Assembly (NCBI GenBank): GCA_964016885.1
Contig: OZ024762.1
Span: forward strand, 13,392,001-13,456,000
Source of the DNA: Eledone cirrhosa
Taxonomy: Eukaryota
Direction: 5' to 3'
DNA: 64,000 nt
Shown here: positions 1-15,426 of the stretch, piece after piece
Layout of the letters: each line of letters starts with the position of its first letter
How positions within the stretch are numbered: the stretch's first letter is position 1
Made by a program: the position numbers and the translations under genes
The notes under the pieces: model-generated
Database searches by the model: none
Told to the model about the DNA's origin: nothing
The model's input: the letters and a program-made list of their open reading frames with translations, nothing else

Positions 1-527
1 ATAGATAGATAGATAGGTATGTAGATAGATCTCTCTCTCTCTATATATATACGTGGACCCATAGAGAGATAGCTATATAGATATATAGATAGATCTATAG
101 CGAGATAGATTGATAATCTATCTAGATACACAGTTAGACATGTATATATATAGATACGTATATGTAAATAGATAGATATAAAAATAGAGTAATGTGAGAG
201 TGGACAAAGTAATTATATTTACAAATATACAAGCAGAAACCTTTACATACCCAGCACCCCCCAGGATAGTTCAGAATAACCTCGTCTAACAACTCGGCTG
301 ATAATAGTCATGGACGAAATATACAAGAAATATTTTATAAACGGTATTAAAATTTAATTCAACGTCATTAGAATCGAGAATAATAATTACTTTTATTGGA
401 AAAAACTATAATTTAAGCAATTTAAAACAGCAGTTCTTATATTTAGAAGATCAGACAATAAATGTAGATTAAAATTAGTCAAATCAAAAATACATCATTT
501 TATTTTTAATTGATGAGAGTAAAATTT

Positions 528-1032
528 TACGATGGTCAGCTGAAAAGTTCTTCATAGTCTGACCAAGATACTCTCACGGAATGATCAAATGAGGTTATTT
601 TTCAACATAGTCCCTGGAAAGAAACGATGCAGTTATTAATAAAGAGAGTTGCAATTAATATAGCAAGATTTCACAGCTCTAGCATCACTCCTGCTTAGAC
701 TGACCAAGATACTCTCATGGTATGACCAAATGAGGTTTATTTTCAACATAGTCCCTGGAAAGAAACGATGCAGTTATTAATAAAAAGAGTTGAAATTAAT
801 ATAGCAAGATTTCACAGCACTAGCATCACTCCTGCTTAGACTGACCAAGATACTCTCATGGTATGACCAAATGAGGTTTATTTTCAACATAGTCCCTGGA
901 AAGAAACGATGCAGTTATTAATAAAAAGAGTTGAAATTAATATAGCAAGATTTCACAGCACTAGCATCACTCCTTCTTAGACTGACCAAGATACTCTCAT
1001 GGAATGACCAAATGAGGTGTATTTTTCAATAT
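528..1032 (+). mobile_element. Tc1/mariner-derived non-autonomous element whose interior is amplified as ~3.3 tandem copies of a 141-bp unit
   Basis: Starts TA|CGATGGTCAGCTGAAAAGTTC (mariner-like terminus). 'gaccaagatactctc' recurs at 561, 702, 843 and 984 (period 141). A reverse-complement relative lies at 60446-60672. Confidence 0.6.
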
Positions 1033-1307
1033 AAACTTACCCTTCCCTCTCTCTCCTTCCCTCCCTCTCTCCTTTCAGTAACATTTCTCCATCTCTCTCT
1101 TTCCCCTCCCTTCTTTCTTTCTATATCATCTCTTCCCTCTCTCTCGCCTCTTCCCTCTCTCACCTTCCCTCTCTCACTTTCCCTCCATCTTCCCCCATCC
1201 TCTCCTCTGTTCCCTTCCCTTCCTCTCATTTCTCCCCCACTCCTCATTCTCTCTCCTTTCTACACCATCTTTCCCTTTTTCTCCTTCCACCTCTGTCCCG
1301 CCTCCTT

Positions 1308-1344
<37 letters not shown>

Positions 1345-2088
1345 TTATATATATAACTGTGTACACACACACACACAAATATATATATATATATATATAT
1401 AGTTTTATATATAAAACTATATATATATACACACACACACACATATATATATATATATTTATATATATATATATATATATACACATACATATATACATAT
1501 GTATATACGCCTGAATGTTTATGTGTGTATATGTCTATATTTGTGTATATATGCATATAAACATACACCTATGTGCCAGCCATTGAAACGAAAGACATTT
1601 TGTTTCTGATCAAACAAGAGAGGACATGATACTATGTTTAGTAAACGTTGTTAAACATGGCCGCCATTTTACTTTGATTGACCCGAGAAGCTATCCTAGA
1701 TGAAAGCTTTATAATCCATACAATGTTTGGCAGTAATTTTAACCTGATTGGTGTTATGGTGATTGGGTGATTGGGTGATTGGATGATTTGATCATTCGAT
1801 GACTTTCTGATTTGGTAATTTCGTATAAAAGGAGAAAAAAAAAATATAGAAAGAAGAGTCATGGACTTTGGTGTAATCTGATAGTGAAGAAGATAAAGAG
1901 AAAAAGGGAATAAGGAGGAGATGGGAGAGAGAGAAGGAGCAAAAAAAAAGAGAAAGAGAGAGAGAGAGAGAGGGGATAGAGAGAGATATAGATGGAGAGA
2001 GAGAGAGTGAGAAAGAGTGAGAGTATGTGAGAAGGAGAAAGAGAGATAGGAAAGAGTGATAGAGACAGATAGAAATTGAGGGAGAGAG

Positions 2089-2127
<39 letters not shown>

Positions 2128-2155
2128 ATAAGAGAGAGAGAGAGAGAGAGAGAAT

Positions 2156-2193
<38 letters not shown>

Positions 2194-2328
2194 ATAAGAG
2201 AGAGATAATTGAAAAGAGCTATATTGTTTGAGCTATTGATGGATAAATAGATCGATAAATAGACACACATAGTCACACGCGCACACACACTTATATATAT
2301 ATACGTATATATATATACGTATATATAT

Positions 2329-2434
<106 letters not shown>

Positions 2435-2599
2435 ATATATATACACACACACAAACACGCACATATATATTTGATACATCGATCATACATCTATGTATTT
2501 ATCATTGTTTCTTTGCCTCTTTTATTCAAGTTACCAAAATAATCGTACAACGCGTGCGTGTGTGTATTTGAAAAGTGCTGCACACGCACACACACATAT

Positions 2600-2678
<79 letters not shown>

Positions 2679-2993
2679 TATACATTTATGTATGTTGTAT
2701 GGTTCATCAATGGGGAGAACTGGTCATTCCGTTTAGTTAACCATTAATCATTATGTATAGTAACAAAAGAACTCTACGTTATGCAACTCATACATCGTAG
2801 ATGTTGAATCTCGTAACTTGTGTAGTTAAATATATATATATATATATACATGTATATATAATTTAACTGCAACCACAACAACGTCAACAATTTTAAGCAC
2901 ACCATTTATACAACAACAGCAAGAACAGCAGCAAGAACAACACAAAAAAGACAAACAAGAACGTCATCCTATATATACATATATATATATATA

Positions 2994-3125
2994 TATTTAT
3001 TTATAAAACAAATCTGTATTTTATCTGATGAAAGCGCACCATAATTTGCCTTGGCTGCCCTTGAAATATATATAATAAAATAAATATGGTTTTATAAATA
3101 TAGTTTCCATTTATTAATATATTGT
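2994..3125 (+). mobile_element. HHR-bearing Penelope-like pLTR fragment, family A, between (TA)n tracts
   Basis: Aligns by eye with 46447-46575 (+) and 11482-11625 (-). Contains an HHR. Confidence 0.7.
3017..3082 (+). ncRNA. Minimal type I hammerhead ribozyme (family A, AUA site)
   Basis: tattttat-CTGATGA-aagcgcacca...tggctgccctt-GAAA-t(atat)aTA-ataaaata. Perfect 8-bp stem I, paired stem II, palindromic 2-bp stem III. Predicted cleavage after 3074. Confidence 0.8.
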
Positions 3126-3148
3126 ATATATATATATATATATATATA

Positions 3149-3330
3149 GAATAAGAACAAGTCCATTATTGATAATGCTGTGATACATATTTCAATGACG
3201 CTTAACCAATGCCATGATCTCATCAGACAGCTTCTTACATAGTAAGGTTACATTCTCGAGGCAATCCAAATTAAGACGACAAGGGAACGGACAAAGATGA
3301 TGTTGTTGAAGCCTTCGCCCGTTCCGCTTT
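3149..3330 (-). mobile_element. HHR-bearing repeat, family C
   Basis: Diverged direct copy at 27361-27575. Flanked by (TA)n. Confidence 0.65.
3177..3231 (-). ncRNA. Minimal type I hammerhead ribozyme (family C, AUC site)
   Basis: Minus strand: gctgt-CTGATGA-gatcatggc...gtcatt-GAAA-t(atgt)aTC-acagc. Perfect 5-bp stem I; stem II imperfect. Confidence 0.65.
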
Positions 3331-3356
3331 ATATATAGATATAGTAGTTCCGGTTG

Positions 3357-3387
3357 CTGATGATCCATGTATGGTGAAACAATTGTC
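3357..3387 (+). ncRNA. Degenerate hammerhead motif (core intact, stem I broken)
   Basis: CTGATGA-tcca(tgta)tggt-GAAA-c(aatt)GTC. Flanks pair for only 1 bp. Confidence 0.4.
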
Positions 3388-3484
3388 CTTGGCAATGGTT
3401 AATTAACTGTTGTGGAACTACTTCTACCAAACTCGTCCCTTGGACTGAGTGCTCTACTACTGCGGATATAACCCTCCAGTGTTC

Positions 3485-3549
<65 letters not shown>

Positions 3550-3611
3550 GAAGTAAGTCGGTCGGAAAGGTCCAGTAAAAAAGAGTGCTCTATGTAGGTC
3601 ACAGAGATTAT

Positions 3612-3715
3612 TAGTTATGTAATAAACAACATAAGATAATTATTTCATTTACCAGTGGTTTCAAGAAACCACTGGTAAATGAAATAATTATCTTATTTTG
3701 TTTATTACATAACTA
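3612..3715. repeat. Fold-back inverted repeat (51-bp arms, 2-nt tip) ending in (TA)n, family L
   Basis: 3612-3662 is the reverse complement of 3665-3715 with about 1 mismatch. The right arm has an HHR-like 3' half, GAAA-t(aatt)aTC. Confidence 0.85.
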
Positions 3716-3747
3716 TATATACATATATATATGTATAGATATATATG

Positions 3748-3778
<31 letters not shown>

Positions 3779-3783
3779 CATAC

Positions 3784-3871
<88 letters not shown>

Positions 3872-3875
3872 AGAT

Positions 3876-3923
<48 letters not shown>

Positions 3924-3934
3924 AGATATACATG

Positions 3935-4023
<89 letters not shown>

Positions 4024-5088
4024 TATATATATGCATATATATATAATTATATATATGGAAGGATAGCACACATTTTAAATAAGCAAAACTAAAAAAAAGA
4101 TGACATGAAGAAAATGACAATAAACCCCATACTCCACCATCTAAAAAGAAAAATTAACCTTGCACAAATAAATACATATTTGATCCACCCGCCATCACTT
4201 TCAAAGTAAAACAACAACCTATCAGAAACAACAATAACAAATATAAAAAAAACACGCCCTTCCCCGCGCAACATTTAAACCGAAAACGATATTGATACAG
4301 TATAATATTTATTGATTCTTAATATCAATTTTATTTGATAGTTTTTTAAAAAGATGAGTTTCTTATAATAACATTTTCCTGTTTTGTGTGTTTTTTTTTT
4401 TTTTGTTTTTGTATCTCATCTTCAGCAACTTAGAGAGAAATTAATGGCGCGAACGAAATCGTACAAAATGGCTGCGAAAATAATTTGTTTATCGCGTTCT
4501 TTAACGCCATTTTGTTTTTCTTAAAATTTCATTTAATTTCTTTTTTTTTTTTCTTCTTCGTCTAATTATTATTCTCTTAAATAGAAAGGAAGAAGAAAAA
4601 ACAGGAAAAAGTTACTAATAATGACAAAACTATTTATCTTTAAAACAACCACAAACAAAATCTAATAAAAATTATTTTAAAAAATGAAAAAAAAAATTAA
4701 TTTTCATTTTTATAAAGATTTATAAAGATTTATTCAGTCGACTTTAAAGCTAACGTAGCTATTTTCTTTAAGTAGATTTTGAAATCTTCAGATTACAATT
4801 TAAAAAAAACCCATCTACTTCTTTACCTTCTTAATTCACCTTATATCTCTGAGTTATTATTATTATTATTATTATACTCTGGGACACGAAACATAACAAC
4901 TACAATAACAACAACAACATTACTTTCATTATAATCGTCACCAGCAAAACTAAAAATAATAGAAATAAACAAACTAGTTAAACCAACAACAAACACAAAC
5001 AATTTCTGTCATCGATGGAGTTTGGTGAGTTGAGTTGTCAGAGAATCAAACAAACCAGCATGTATGTATGTATATGTGTGTGTATAAT

Positions 5089-5119
<31 letters not shown>

Positions 5120-5593
5120 ATGTATATATATATATATATATATATAATGTATACATATATATGTATATATATAATGTATATATATAATGTATATATTTAA
5201 TGTATATATATAATGTATATATATGTACACGAACACGCTCACAACTTTGTGTGTGTAAATATATATGTATGTAATACAAATAAAATATATATGTGTTTAA
5301 ATATATATATGTATATATATATATGTGTGTGTAAAAATATGTATGTGGGTATATATGTATATATATATATATCGATATATCTATATGTACACACACACAT
5401 ACACACACACACACACATATATATATATACACACACATTTATGTTTGTGTATGTTATATATTTTATAATTCTTCCTCTCCAAATAGCAATAACGAATTAT
5501 ATATTTATCTTATACATTTATTATAGTTTTGTTTCAAAAATATTTTATATTTAAGCTTTGTTTGGTGACGCACACATTATCAAATTTATATAT

Positions 5594-5638
<45 letters not shown>

Positions 5639-5665
5639 TATATATACATACATACATATGTGTAT

Positions 5666-5702
<37 letters not shown>

Positions 5703-6022
5703 AATATATGTTTATATGTAATGTTTATATGGATGTATATATAACAAATACATAGATATATTTAGTCGAAAAGACACACATACCATGTAATGTTTTACTC
5801 AATTTTGTCCTCTTGTATTGTGTTGCGATCTCCTGCTGGAGGGAACGATCCCAACTTTAAAAAGACAGAAATCTTACTCATCTCCAATAGTTAGCTGACG
5901 GAAAGGGATATGTTCGTTTTTCTTTCCATTGTCCGTCCTTGTTGCGTTCTGTTCACATTTTAAATCATACATACATGGAAACACTAAAGTTATTGCATGT
6001 ATATGCATATACATGTTTGAAT

Positions 6023-6136
<114 letters not shown>

Positions 6137-6178
6137 ATACACACACATGCATATATATATTCAGACTAAACAGTGAGT

Positions 6179-6226
6179 CCTGTTACTCAGGAGTTTCGCG
6201 TGCTTCTCAGAGGGTCATCAGAAGAG
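6179..6226 (-). ncRNA. Degenerate hammerhead motif in a short microsatellite-flanked element
   Basis: Minus strand: CTGATGA-ccctctgagaagcacgc-GAAA-ctc(ct)gaGTA. Stems I and II are poorly paired. Confidence 0.35.
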
Positions 6227-6272
6227 TATTGAGTACTCTTGAGTACACTCGGCTGTCTGTCAACTACATACG

Positions 6273-6381
<109 letters not shown>

Positions 6382-7431
6382 ACAAACATATACGCCCGAA
6401 CATCACCACCACAATAGTCTTCACACCATCACCTCCCTAGCAACCATCACCATCCCAAGTACCGCAACCATCACCACTACAACCTCCACACCTACACCAT
6501 CCCCACCCCACCTCATCATCATCATCATCATCTGAAAGATATTTTTTCTTTGAACAGAAAACCAAGCAAGTTGAATGCAATTATGTCTAACTTAAAAAAA
6601 AAAATGTAGTCTTCACTAACAAAACTTAAAACAACAATAACAACACCGACAATAACAACAAAAACACTACCACCACAACTACAAAAAACACCAACACCAG
6701 CAACATCAATAACAACACCAACAACAACAATACTATCATCATCAACAACAACACCACCACTACCAACACTACCAACAACATCAACCCCACTAACAAAACC
6801 ACCACCACCACCAACACCACCAACAATATTACCACCACCATTAACTCCAACAACAACACCACCACTAACAACAACAACACCACCACCAACAACACCATCA
6901 CCAATACCATCAACACCATCAACACCAACAACAACAACAAAGTCCCCCCCCCACACCACCACCAGTATCACCAACACCAACACCATCAACACCACCAACA
7001 ACAGCAATCCCCCACCACCAACACTATCACCAACACCAACACCAACACCACCAACACCAACAACTGGAGTTAACAAGAAAGATATCAAACTATAGACTGA
7101 AGCAACAAGTAACAGCGGATCAGTGTAAATAGTTCCTGTAAATAGTTCCTAGAATAATGTATTAATACGCAGTAAGATGTTTTACTTGAAGTCAAGTTGT
7201 TATATCAAGACACTCAGATATAGAGAGCAGCATTAAATATAGAAATAACTAAGACTCGGGCTATGGAACCAAACAAGTGTGTATATATATATATATATAT
7301 GTGTGTGTGTATGTGTATGTGTATACTTTATGTATATATATATATGTATATATATATATAAATGTATTTACATAGCTATCCAAACTCAGGAATAACTGCA
7401 TTATATTCATACATAATACATACATACGTAG

Positions 7432-7488
<57 letters not shown>

Positions 7489-7559
7489 ACACACACACAC
7501 ACACATATGTATATATATTTATACATATACATAATATACATACATACACATACATATAT

Positions 7560-7590
<31 letters not shown>

Positions 7591-7740
7591 CATATATAAA
7601 GATACACACACACACACACTCACATATATATATATATAAATGAATACACATACATACATGCATGCATTCCTCCATATATATGCATATACTTATATATATG
7701 CATATATATATTACACACACACACACACACATACACGCAC

Positions 7741-7778
<38 letters not shown>

Positions 7779-8174
7779 ACACGTACACACATAGACACAC
7801 ATATATATATATATACATATACACATATACATATATGTGTATACATATTCAATTCTTCCTAATCGGATCACAGCAGAAGAGCCGCTTAACCTTTTGGCAT
7901 TTTTTTTATTATAGTGTTGCTTATTTCCCATTGCATTTTGTGTGTAAAGGTGAAAGACTTACGGTTGGACATGGGAATATCTACAGTAAAGTCCTTCACA
8001 AAAGATCTCCGAGGTTTAGCCAAGCGGAAAGCGAACATTCAACATGTGGCTTGCCTCTTTAAAGTTAATACGTGACCTATACATCGAATTTACGTTTGTC
8101 TTCGAAATCATTCGACTGAGACCTGAAGATTCTGATGTGAAAAGGGAATATTTATATCTATCAGTGTGTGTGTT

Positions 8175-8225
<51 letters not shown>

Positions 8226-8281
8226 TTATGTGTGTATATTTATATATACATATATATATAAATATATACATAATATATATA

Positions 8282-8335
<54 letters not shown>

Positions 8336-8454
8336 CATATACGTATATGCATATGTATATATATATACATATATGTACATAGATATATATATACATAGAT
8401 ATATATATATATATACATATGCATATATACAAACACATGTATACACACACACAC

Positions 8455-8487
<33 letters not shown>

Positions 8488-8553
8488 ATATATATATATA
8501 TTATACAAACATATATACTTGTAAGTGGTTGCATATTGCGTGTACTGAAGCAA

Positions 8554-8602
<49 letters not shown>

Positions 8603-8769
8603 AAGGTGTGTATATAGTGATACATGCATTCTTACATGTGAACAGAAACATATTTAAAGAATCTATTTGCATTTATTTATGTTAGATCTTATATATTATC
8701 TATTTCTCTCTTTTTATCTCTGTTTTACCTTCTTTCCTCGTGTATTTAAACATACACACACACACACAA

Positions 8770-8813
<44 letters not shown>

Positions 8814-9141
8814 TCATACAGACACACACATACAGACACACACATACACACACATATATACACATACAGACACACACATTCAGACAAACATACACATACA
8901 CATACGCACACACACACACACACACATAGAGACATACACACATACACACACATACATACACGCCCATACACACATACATACATACATACATATACATACA
9001 TACACACACATACATATACATCTGTATATATAAATAAAGCCGTGTATGTTTGACATGTTTTAAGTCTAGCAACAGTGGACACATCAAAGAGATTTTACCT
9101 TTCTACCGCCAGTCTTTGATGTTGGAATCACCGCAAATATT

Positions 9142-9652
9142 GTGTCACGTGGTAAAGGTGGGACTTTATATGTGGACTACATTGCTGGCAACAGTTTACT
9201 ATTGTGTCACGTGGGTCTTTATATGTGGACTACATTGCTGGCAACAGTTTACTGTGTCACGTGGGTCTTTATATGTGGACTACATTGCTGGCAACAGTTT
9301 ACTGTGTCACGTGGGTCTTTATATGTGGACTACATTGCTGGCAACAGTTTACTGTGTCACGTGGGTCTTTATATGTGGACTACATTGCTGGCAACAGTTT
9401 ACTGTGTCACGTGGGTCTTTATATGTGGACTACATTGCTGGCAACAGTTTACTGTGTCACGTGGGTCTTTATATGTGGACTACATTGCTGGCAACAGTTT
9501 ACTGTGTCACGTGGGTCTTTATATGTGGACTACATTGCTGGCAACAGTTTACTGTGTCACGTGGGTCTTTATATGTGGACTACATTGCTGGCAACAGTTT
9601 ACTGTGTCACGTGGGTCTTTATATGTGGACTACATTGCTGGCAACAGTTTAC
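9142..9652. repeat. 50-bp minisatellite: 9 identical copies plus 1 variant
   Basis: Unit tgtgtcacgtgggtctttatatgtggactacattgctggcaacagtttac repeats exactly from 9203 to 9652. There are no spacers. Confidence 0.95.
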
Positions 9653-9711
9653 GTAACCGGCCTCATCAGAAACTAACCATTAGTACCAGTAACAGTACCA
9701 CCACCACCACC

Positions 9712-10175
9712 ATCATCCTTCGACTCCTCTGTGGGCAATCGGAACTCCCTTGACAATCCTTTTCGACACTGTTCAGTCCTGCATTGCTGTCCCCCGTTCC
9801 CTTTATGTCCTGAAGAAGAGAACTGTTGCTCTTCAAGAGAAGCAGCGACCCCTGATTGTATTCAGCAACCGAAACAAATGTGAAGTACTCAATATCAAAT
9901 GCTTCTAGGGGTAGCCATGGTTCTTCTTATTGGTAAACTCGGCCAGATTAGATTAGATTGTATATGCTCCATCCAGCCGTCCTTCCAGACGAACAGACAA
10001 GGTTCATGTTTCTGAACCATATCGTAGTACTGGTTCAATCAATGGTCGAAAGATTTGGGCTTTTAAGGAGGAGGATACATTTGAGCGCCAAGTCTTGTCA
10101 AACCTGTTGCAGACATCCCATGCCAGAGCTTTACGGATGTTGAAATCGTTTTGGGAGTCATTAGATATAAGGTGC
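9712..10175 (-). mobile_element. Decayed RTE-type LINE 3' fragment (RT C-terminal region)
   Basis: Minus-strand translation SNDSQNDFNIRKALAWDVCNRFDKTWRSNVSSSLKAQIFRPLIEPVLRYGSET*TLSVRLEGRLDGAYT, and further down TAMQD*TVSKRIVK. These match RTE 'LLYGSETWTL...LDG.YT' and terminal 'M.DR..W' motifs. Confidence 0.8.
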
Positions 10176-10526
10176 TAATCCATTCGACAGCGTAAAGTCA
10201 CTCCAAATTCCCTCCCCTTTATCTAGTGAATTAAACACCTCCACTACTTTATACCAAACATCTTTAAATCTTTTAAATCCGTAAATCCTCTCAATTTGGC
10301 AAAATCTTTCAATTCCTTTACCATTTATGCTGAATTTCCCTGATGTGTGAAACTTGTGAAAATCGTAACCCTCCGCCGAAATCCACTTTAAATCCGAAAA
10401 CCTATTCTAATACTCTTCAGGCTTAGAAACAGAATCACATACAATATCAATACACACACACACACACACACACACTTTTTGTACAGCCGACCATGTTATT
10501 CTTCACTCTTTCACTATATATATATA

Positions 10527-10672
<146 letters not shown>

Positions 10673-10726
10673 TATATATATATCTATATATACATATATA
10701 TACACATATATACATATATATACATG

Positions 10727-10778
<52 letters not shown>

Positions 10779-10798
10779 CATATATATGCACACATATA

Positions 10799-10841
<43 letters not shown>

Positions 10842-10885
10842 ATTTACATATATATATATAAATATATATACACATATATATACAA

Positions 10886-10928
<43 letters not shown>

Positions 10929-11324
10929 GAGAGAGAGAGATTGACATCGTTTACATCTGTGACACTCGCAGACAGTAGAGACAGGAATCGATCTAAGTTC
11001 AATAACCTATTGTGGCTATAGTTGTTGTTGTTGTTGCTATTGTTGCTGCTGATGTTGATATTACTGTTGTTGTTGATGATGATGATGGGATATGTCCTTC
11101 TCAATCTAATACAACTTTACCTTTACACCTCCCCCTTCTCCCCTCACCCCCTCACCCCATCCCCCGTTCTTCCTGACTGACAAAATCCTCCGCGATTTGG
11201 CGACGAAATGAAGCGTGTAATGTCTTCTTCTTCTTCTTCTTCTTCTTCCTATGTGGTTACTAGCGGCGAGGCCGAAGCACTCGACACTGAAATGCAAGTT
11301 TACAAAAAGCTGCCATTCTTATTG

Positions 11325-11449
<125 letters not shown>

Positions 11450-11481
11450 TACACTCATATATATATATATATATATATATA

Positions 11482-11738
11482 CGATATTAACAAATGGAAA
11501 CTATATTTATAAAACCATATTTATTTCATTATACATATTTCAAGGACACCAAGTTAAATTATGGTGTGCTTTCATCAGATAAAATATAATATAGAGCAGT
11601 TTTATAAATAAATATTGACATACCCTTAAAGAATGCAACCATTACTGTTGGAAGTTCCCGGATAGTGGAGTTGTAGCTTTAATTATATTATTAGGTAAGT
11701 TAGTATTGGATATTTTTAAAATAAGCCGTTGGGTTACG
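11482..11738 (-). mobile_element. HHR-bearing Penelope-like pLTR fragment, family A (longest copy)
   Basis: Reverse complement matches 2994-3125 and 46436-46575. The 3' end abuts (TA)n. Confidence 0.7.
11522..11586 (-). ncRNA. Minimal type I hammerhead ribozyme (family A)
   Basis: Minus strand: tattttat-CTGATGA-aagcacacca...tggtgtcctt-GAAA-t(atgt)aTA-atgaaata. Stem II differs from the 3017 copy but stays paired. Confidence 0.8.
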
Positions 11739-11838
11739 GAGAAAGAGAAAGATAGAGAAGGAAAGAGAGAGAAAGAGCAGAACAACAGAGAGATAAAGAT
11801 AGAGAGAGAGAGAGAGGAGACAGATATATATATATATG

Positions 11839-12076
11839 CAGTTCAAAAGTGAGAGAGAGGAGATCGAGGTTTGCTAGACATGCTGACCGATCTTCACAGT
11901 TGACACTGCCCTCAGTGGTCCTGTGGGGCCCTCTACACAGAGACACACTGGAAGAGGGAGACCGAGATTGACGTAAGTTGATGACCCTAAGGACAGACAC
12001 TGGTCTTTGGGAGACGAGGGAGATGGTGGTGACGATGGGGGAACCGCTGGAGGGAACTGGGCCCCGGATCTCGGGA
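11839..12076 (+). mobile_element. Decayed RTE-type LINE 3' end
   Basis: Translation SSKVRERRSRFARH...VVLWGPLH...TLRTDTGLWE. Homologous to 56920-57155. Confidence 0.7.
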
Positions 12077-12540
12077 TGGTATGGTTTGGATAGTATAGTA
12101 TAGTGGGATGATATCGTGGGTTGGTATAATGGTATGGTGGTATAATGGTATGGTGGGTTGGTATAATGGTATGGTTGTATGGTGGATGGTATGGGGGTAT
12201 GGTGGTATGGTATGGTATGGTGGTATGGTATGGTGCATGGTATGGTGGTATGGTGGTATGGTGGTATGGTGGTATGGTTGTATGGAGGTATGATGGTATG
12301 GTGGTATGGTGGTGTGATGGTATGGTGGTATAGTATGGTATAGTGGTATGGTGGTATGGTGGTATGGTGGTATGATGGTATGGTTGTATGGTTGTATGGT
12401 ATGGTGGTATGATGGTAGGCAGGTATGGTATGGTGGTATGGTATGGTGTTATGGTATGGTGGTATGGTGGTATGGTGGTATGGTGGTATGGTGGTATGGT
12501 ATGGTGGTATGGTGGTATAATGGTATGATGGTAGGCAGGT
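12077..12540. repeat. (GGTAT)/(GGTATGGT)n low-complexity tandem repeat
   Basis: Direct inspection. Begins right at the 3' end of the RTE fragment. Confidence 0.9.
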
Positions 12541-12653
12541 ATTAGCAGCTAAACTGAGAGGAACTGAAGTGTAAAAATCCTGCAACGTTGTTGGAATACA
12601 TCAAATATAGAATATTGATGGAGATCAGTCAGCATGTATATATATTGTGTATA

Positions 12654-12714
<61 letters not shown>

Positions 12715-13076
12715 GTGTATATATATTGTGTGTGCATATATATATATTGTGTGTGTATAAATATTGTGTATATATATATTGTATGTATATATAAATTGTG
12801 TGTATATATATATATTGTTTGTATATATATATATTGTGTGTATATATATATATTGTGTATATATATATATATTGTGTGTATATAAATATATTGTTTGTAT
12901 ATATATATATATATTGTGTGTATGTATGTATTGTGTATATATATATATATTGTGTGCAGATATGTATATATTGTGTGTATATATGTATATATTGTGTGTA
13001 TATATGTATGGTGTGTGTGTATATGTATGTATATAAGTATTTAACCTATAATACATCGGAATGAGGATACACACAA

Positions 13077-13165
<89 letters not shown>

Positions 13166-13167
13166 TA

Positions 13168-13201
<34 letters not shown>

Positions 13202-13323
13202 CATACACTAAAGTCAGGGTGTGTTATTTGGAAGTATATTTCACGGACCATTAGACGTGCTGATGTATATATAAACATGTTAGCTAGGTTGATCTCTCCC
13301 ACTCTCTCCCTCTCTCTCTCTCT

Positions 13324-13354
<31 letters not shown>

Positions 13355-13550
13355 ACCGCACATTGATGTATATATATATATATATATATCTGTGTATATA
13401 TATCTGTGTGTGTTTATGTAAATCTATCTTTCAGTGTCTCTCTCTCAATATATATATATATATTAGACAAACACACATATACATATATATATGTATATAT
13501 ATATATGTGTGTGTGTGTGTGTATACACTCACAGACATATATATGCATGC

Positions 13551-13588
<38 letters not shown>

Positions 13589-13865
13589 GTTTGATATTCT
13601 ATTGTTAGTTTTCGTTACTGCGAAAGTGACGGGTGTCTTTCTTCTTTTGTGTGAGTTGTGGTGTGTGTGTGTGTGTGTTAGTTTCAGTGTGTGTGTGTGA
13701 GTCTTTATGTCTATATGTGTGTGTGTGTGTGGTGTAAGATATATTTATCAATTGTTACATATGTGAAAAGGTTTTCTCCGTAAGTCTTCTGTCTTAAACA
13801 ATAACCTATATTTTGAATATCAAACATGTTTATAAATAGCTATATATACACATATACACGCTGAG

Positions 13866-13982
<117 letters not shown>

Positions 13983-14242
13983 CTGGTAGAGGGAGAGAGA
14001 AAAAGAGAGAGACAAGGAGAGAAAGAGAGAGAGGGGGTACAATACAATGATATTCAGACAGTTTATCAAAAGAGAGTTTTTGACACTCTTTAAGAGAGAA
14101 ATAATACAGTAGAGAACTGAACAGGAAGGAAACAACAATAATATTTATATATACACAGGCAGCTGACTGCCACTGGGGGTATATATATATACATACATTA
14201 TATATATATATATGTATATATATATATACTTATATATATACT

Positions 14243-14291
<49 letters not shown>

Positions 14292-14474
14292 GTATATATA
14301 TTTATATATATGTCTATAGATATACATGCATATCTATGTATGCTATGTATGATTGCATGTATATATATATATGTATGTATATATAAATATATACGTAATG
14401 CATATGCATATTTTATCAATATATATATACATATGGGGGGATGTGTGAGTGTGTGCATGCGAATATATATATAT

Positions 14475-14532
<58 letters not shown>

Positions 14533-14820
14533 TTCATACATAAATATATATAAATGTGTGTATAAGAACCTAATAAATGAATAAATAAAGGAATAGATGG
14601 TATTCCTATAAACTCACATTCCATTGAACCGTGTAAAGTGAGATCGTGATTTCATTTCATAATGGCCATTACATTACCTACTGTTTTTTAGACTATCTAT
14701 CTATCTATCTATCTATCTATATCTACCTATCTATTGCTCTGTCTCGCTCTCTCTCTCTATATATATATTTATATATGTACACTCACATATATATATATAC
14801 ATGCATGTCTATAAATATTT

Positions 14821-14907
<87 letters not shown>

Positions 14908-14953
14908 CATGTATATATATATTACATGTATATATGTATATATATATATATAC

Positions 14954-14994
<41 letters not shown>

Positions 14995-15006
14995 TATATA
15001 CATATA

Positions 15007-15046
<40 letters not shown>

Positions 15047-15158
15047 GGATATATGTAGGCATGTATAAATGAGTCTCTTTCTCCACACCTCTTTCACACT
15101 TCCTCTCTCTCTCTCCCTCTCTCTCTCTCTCTCTCACTCTCACTCTCTCTCTCTCTCT

Positions 15159-15203
<45 letters not shown>

Positions 15204-15296
15204 TAGATATATATATTGGGACACCAACTATGAAATTTGTAAAAATTTTTGAAAAAAAAACAACTAATTTCTACAAATTTTATCATTGACGACCCA

Positions 15297-15426
<130 letters not shown>

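Noticed and set aside
296-325. HHR-like CTGATAA-tagtcatggac-GAAA
   Set aside because: G8A without a compensating U3, and no stem I or stem III.
9142-9652. CRISPR-like array
   Set aside because: Contiguous identical units with no unique spacers, no cas genes and a eukaryotic context.
9640-9680. Minus-strand CTGATGAggcc at the end of the 50-bp array
   Set aside because: No GAAA box or stems follow.
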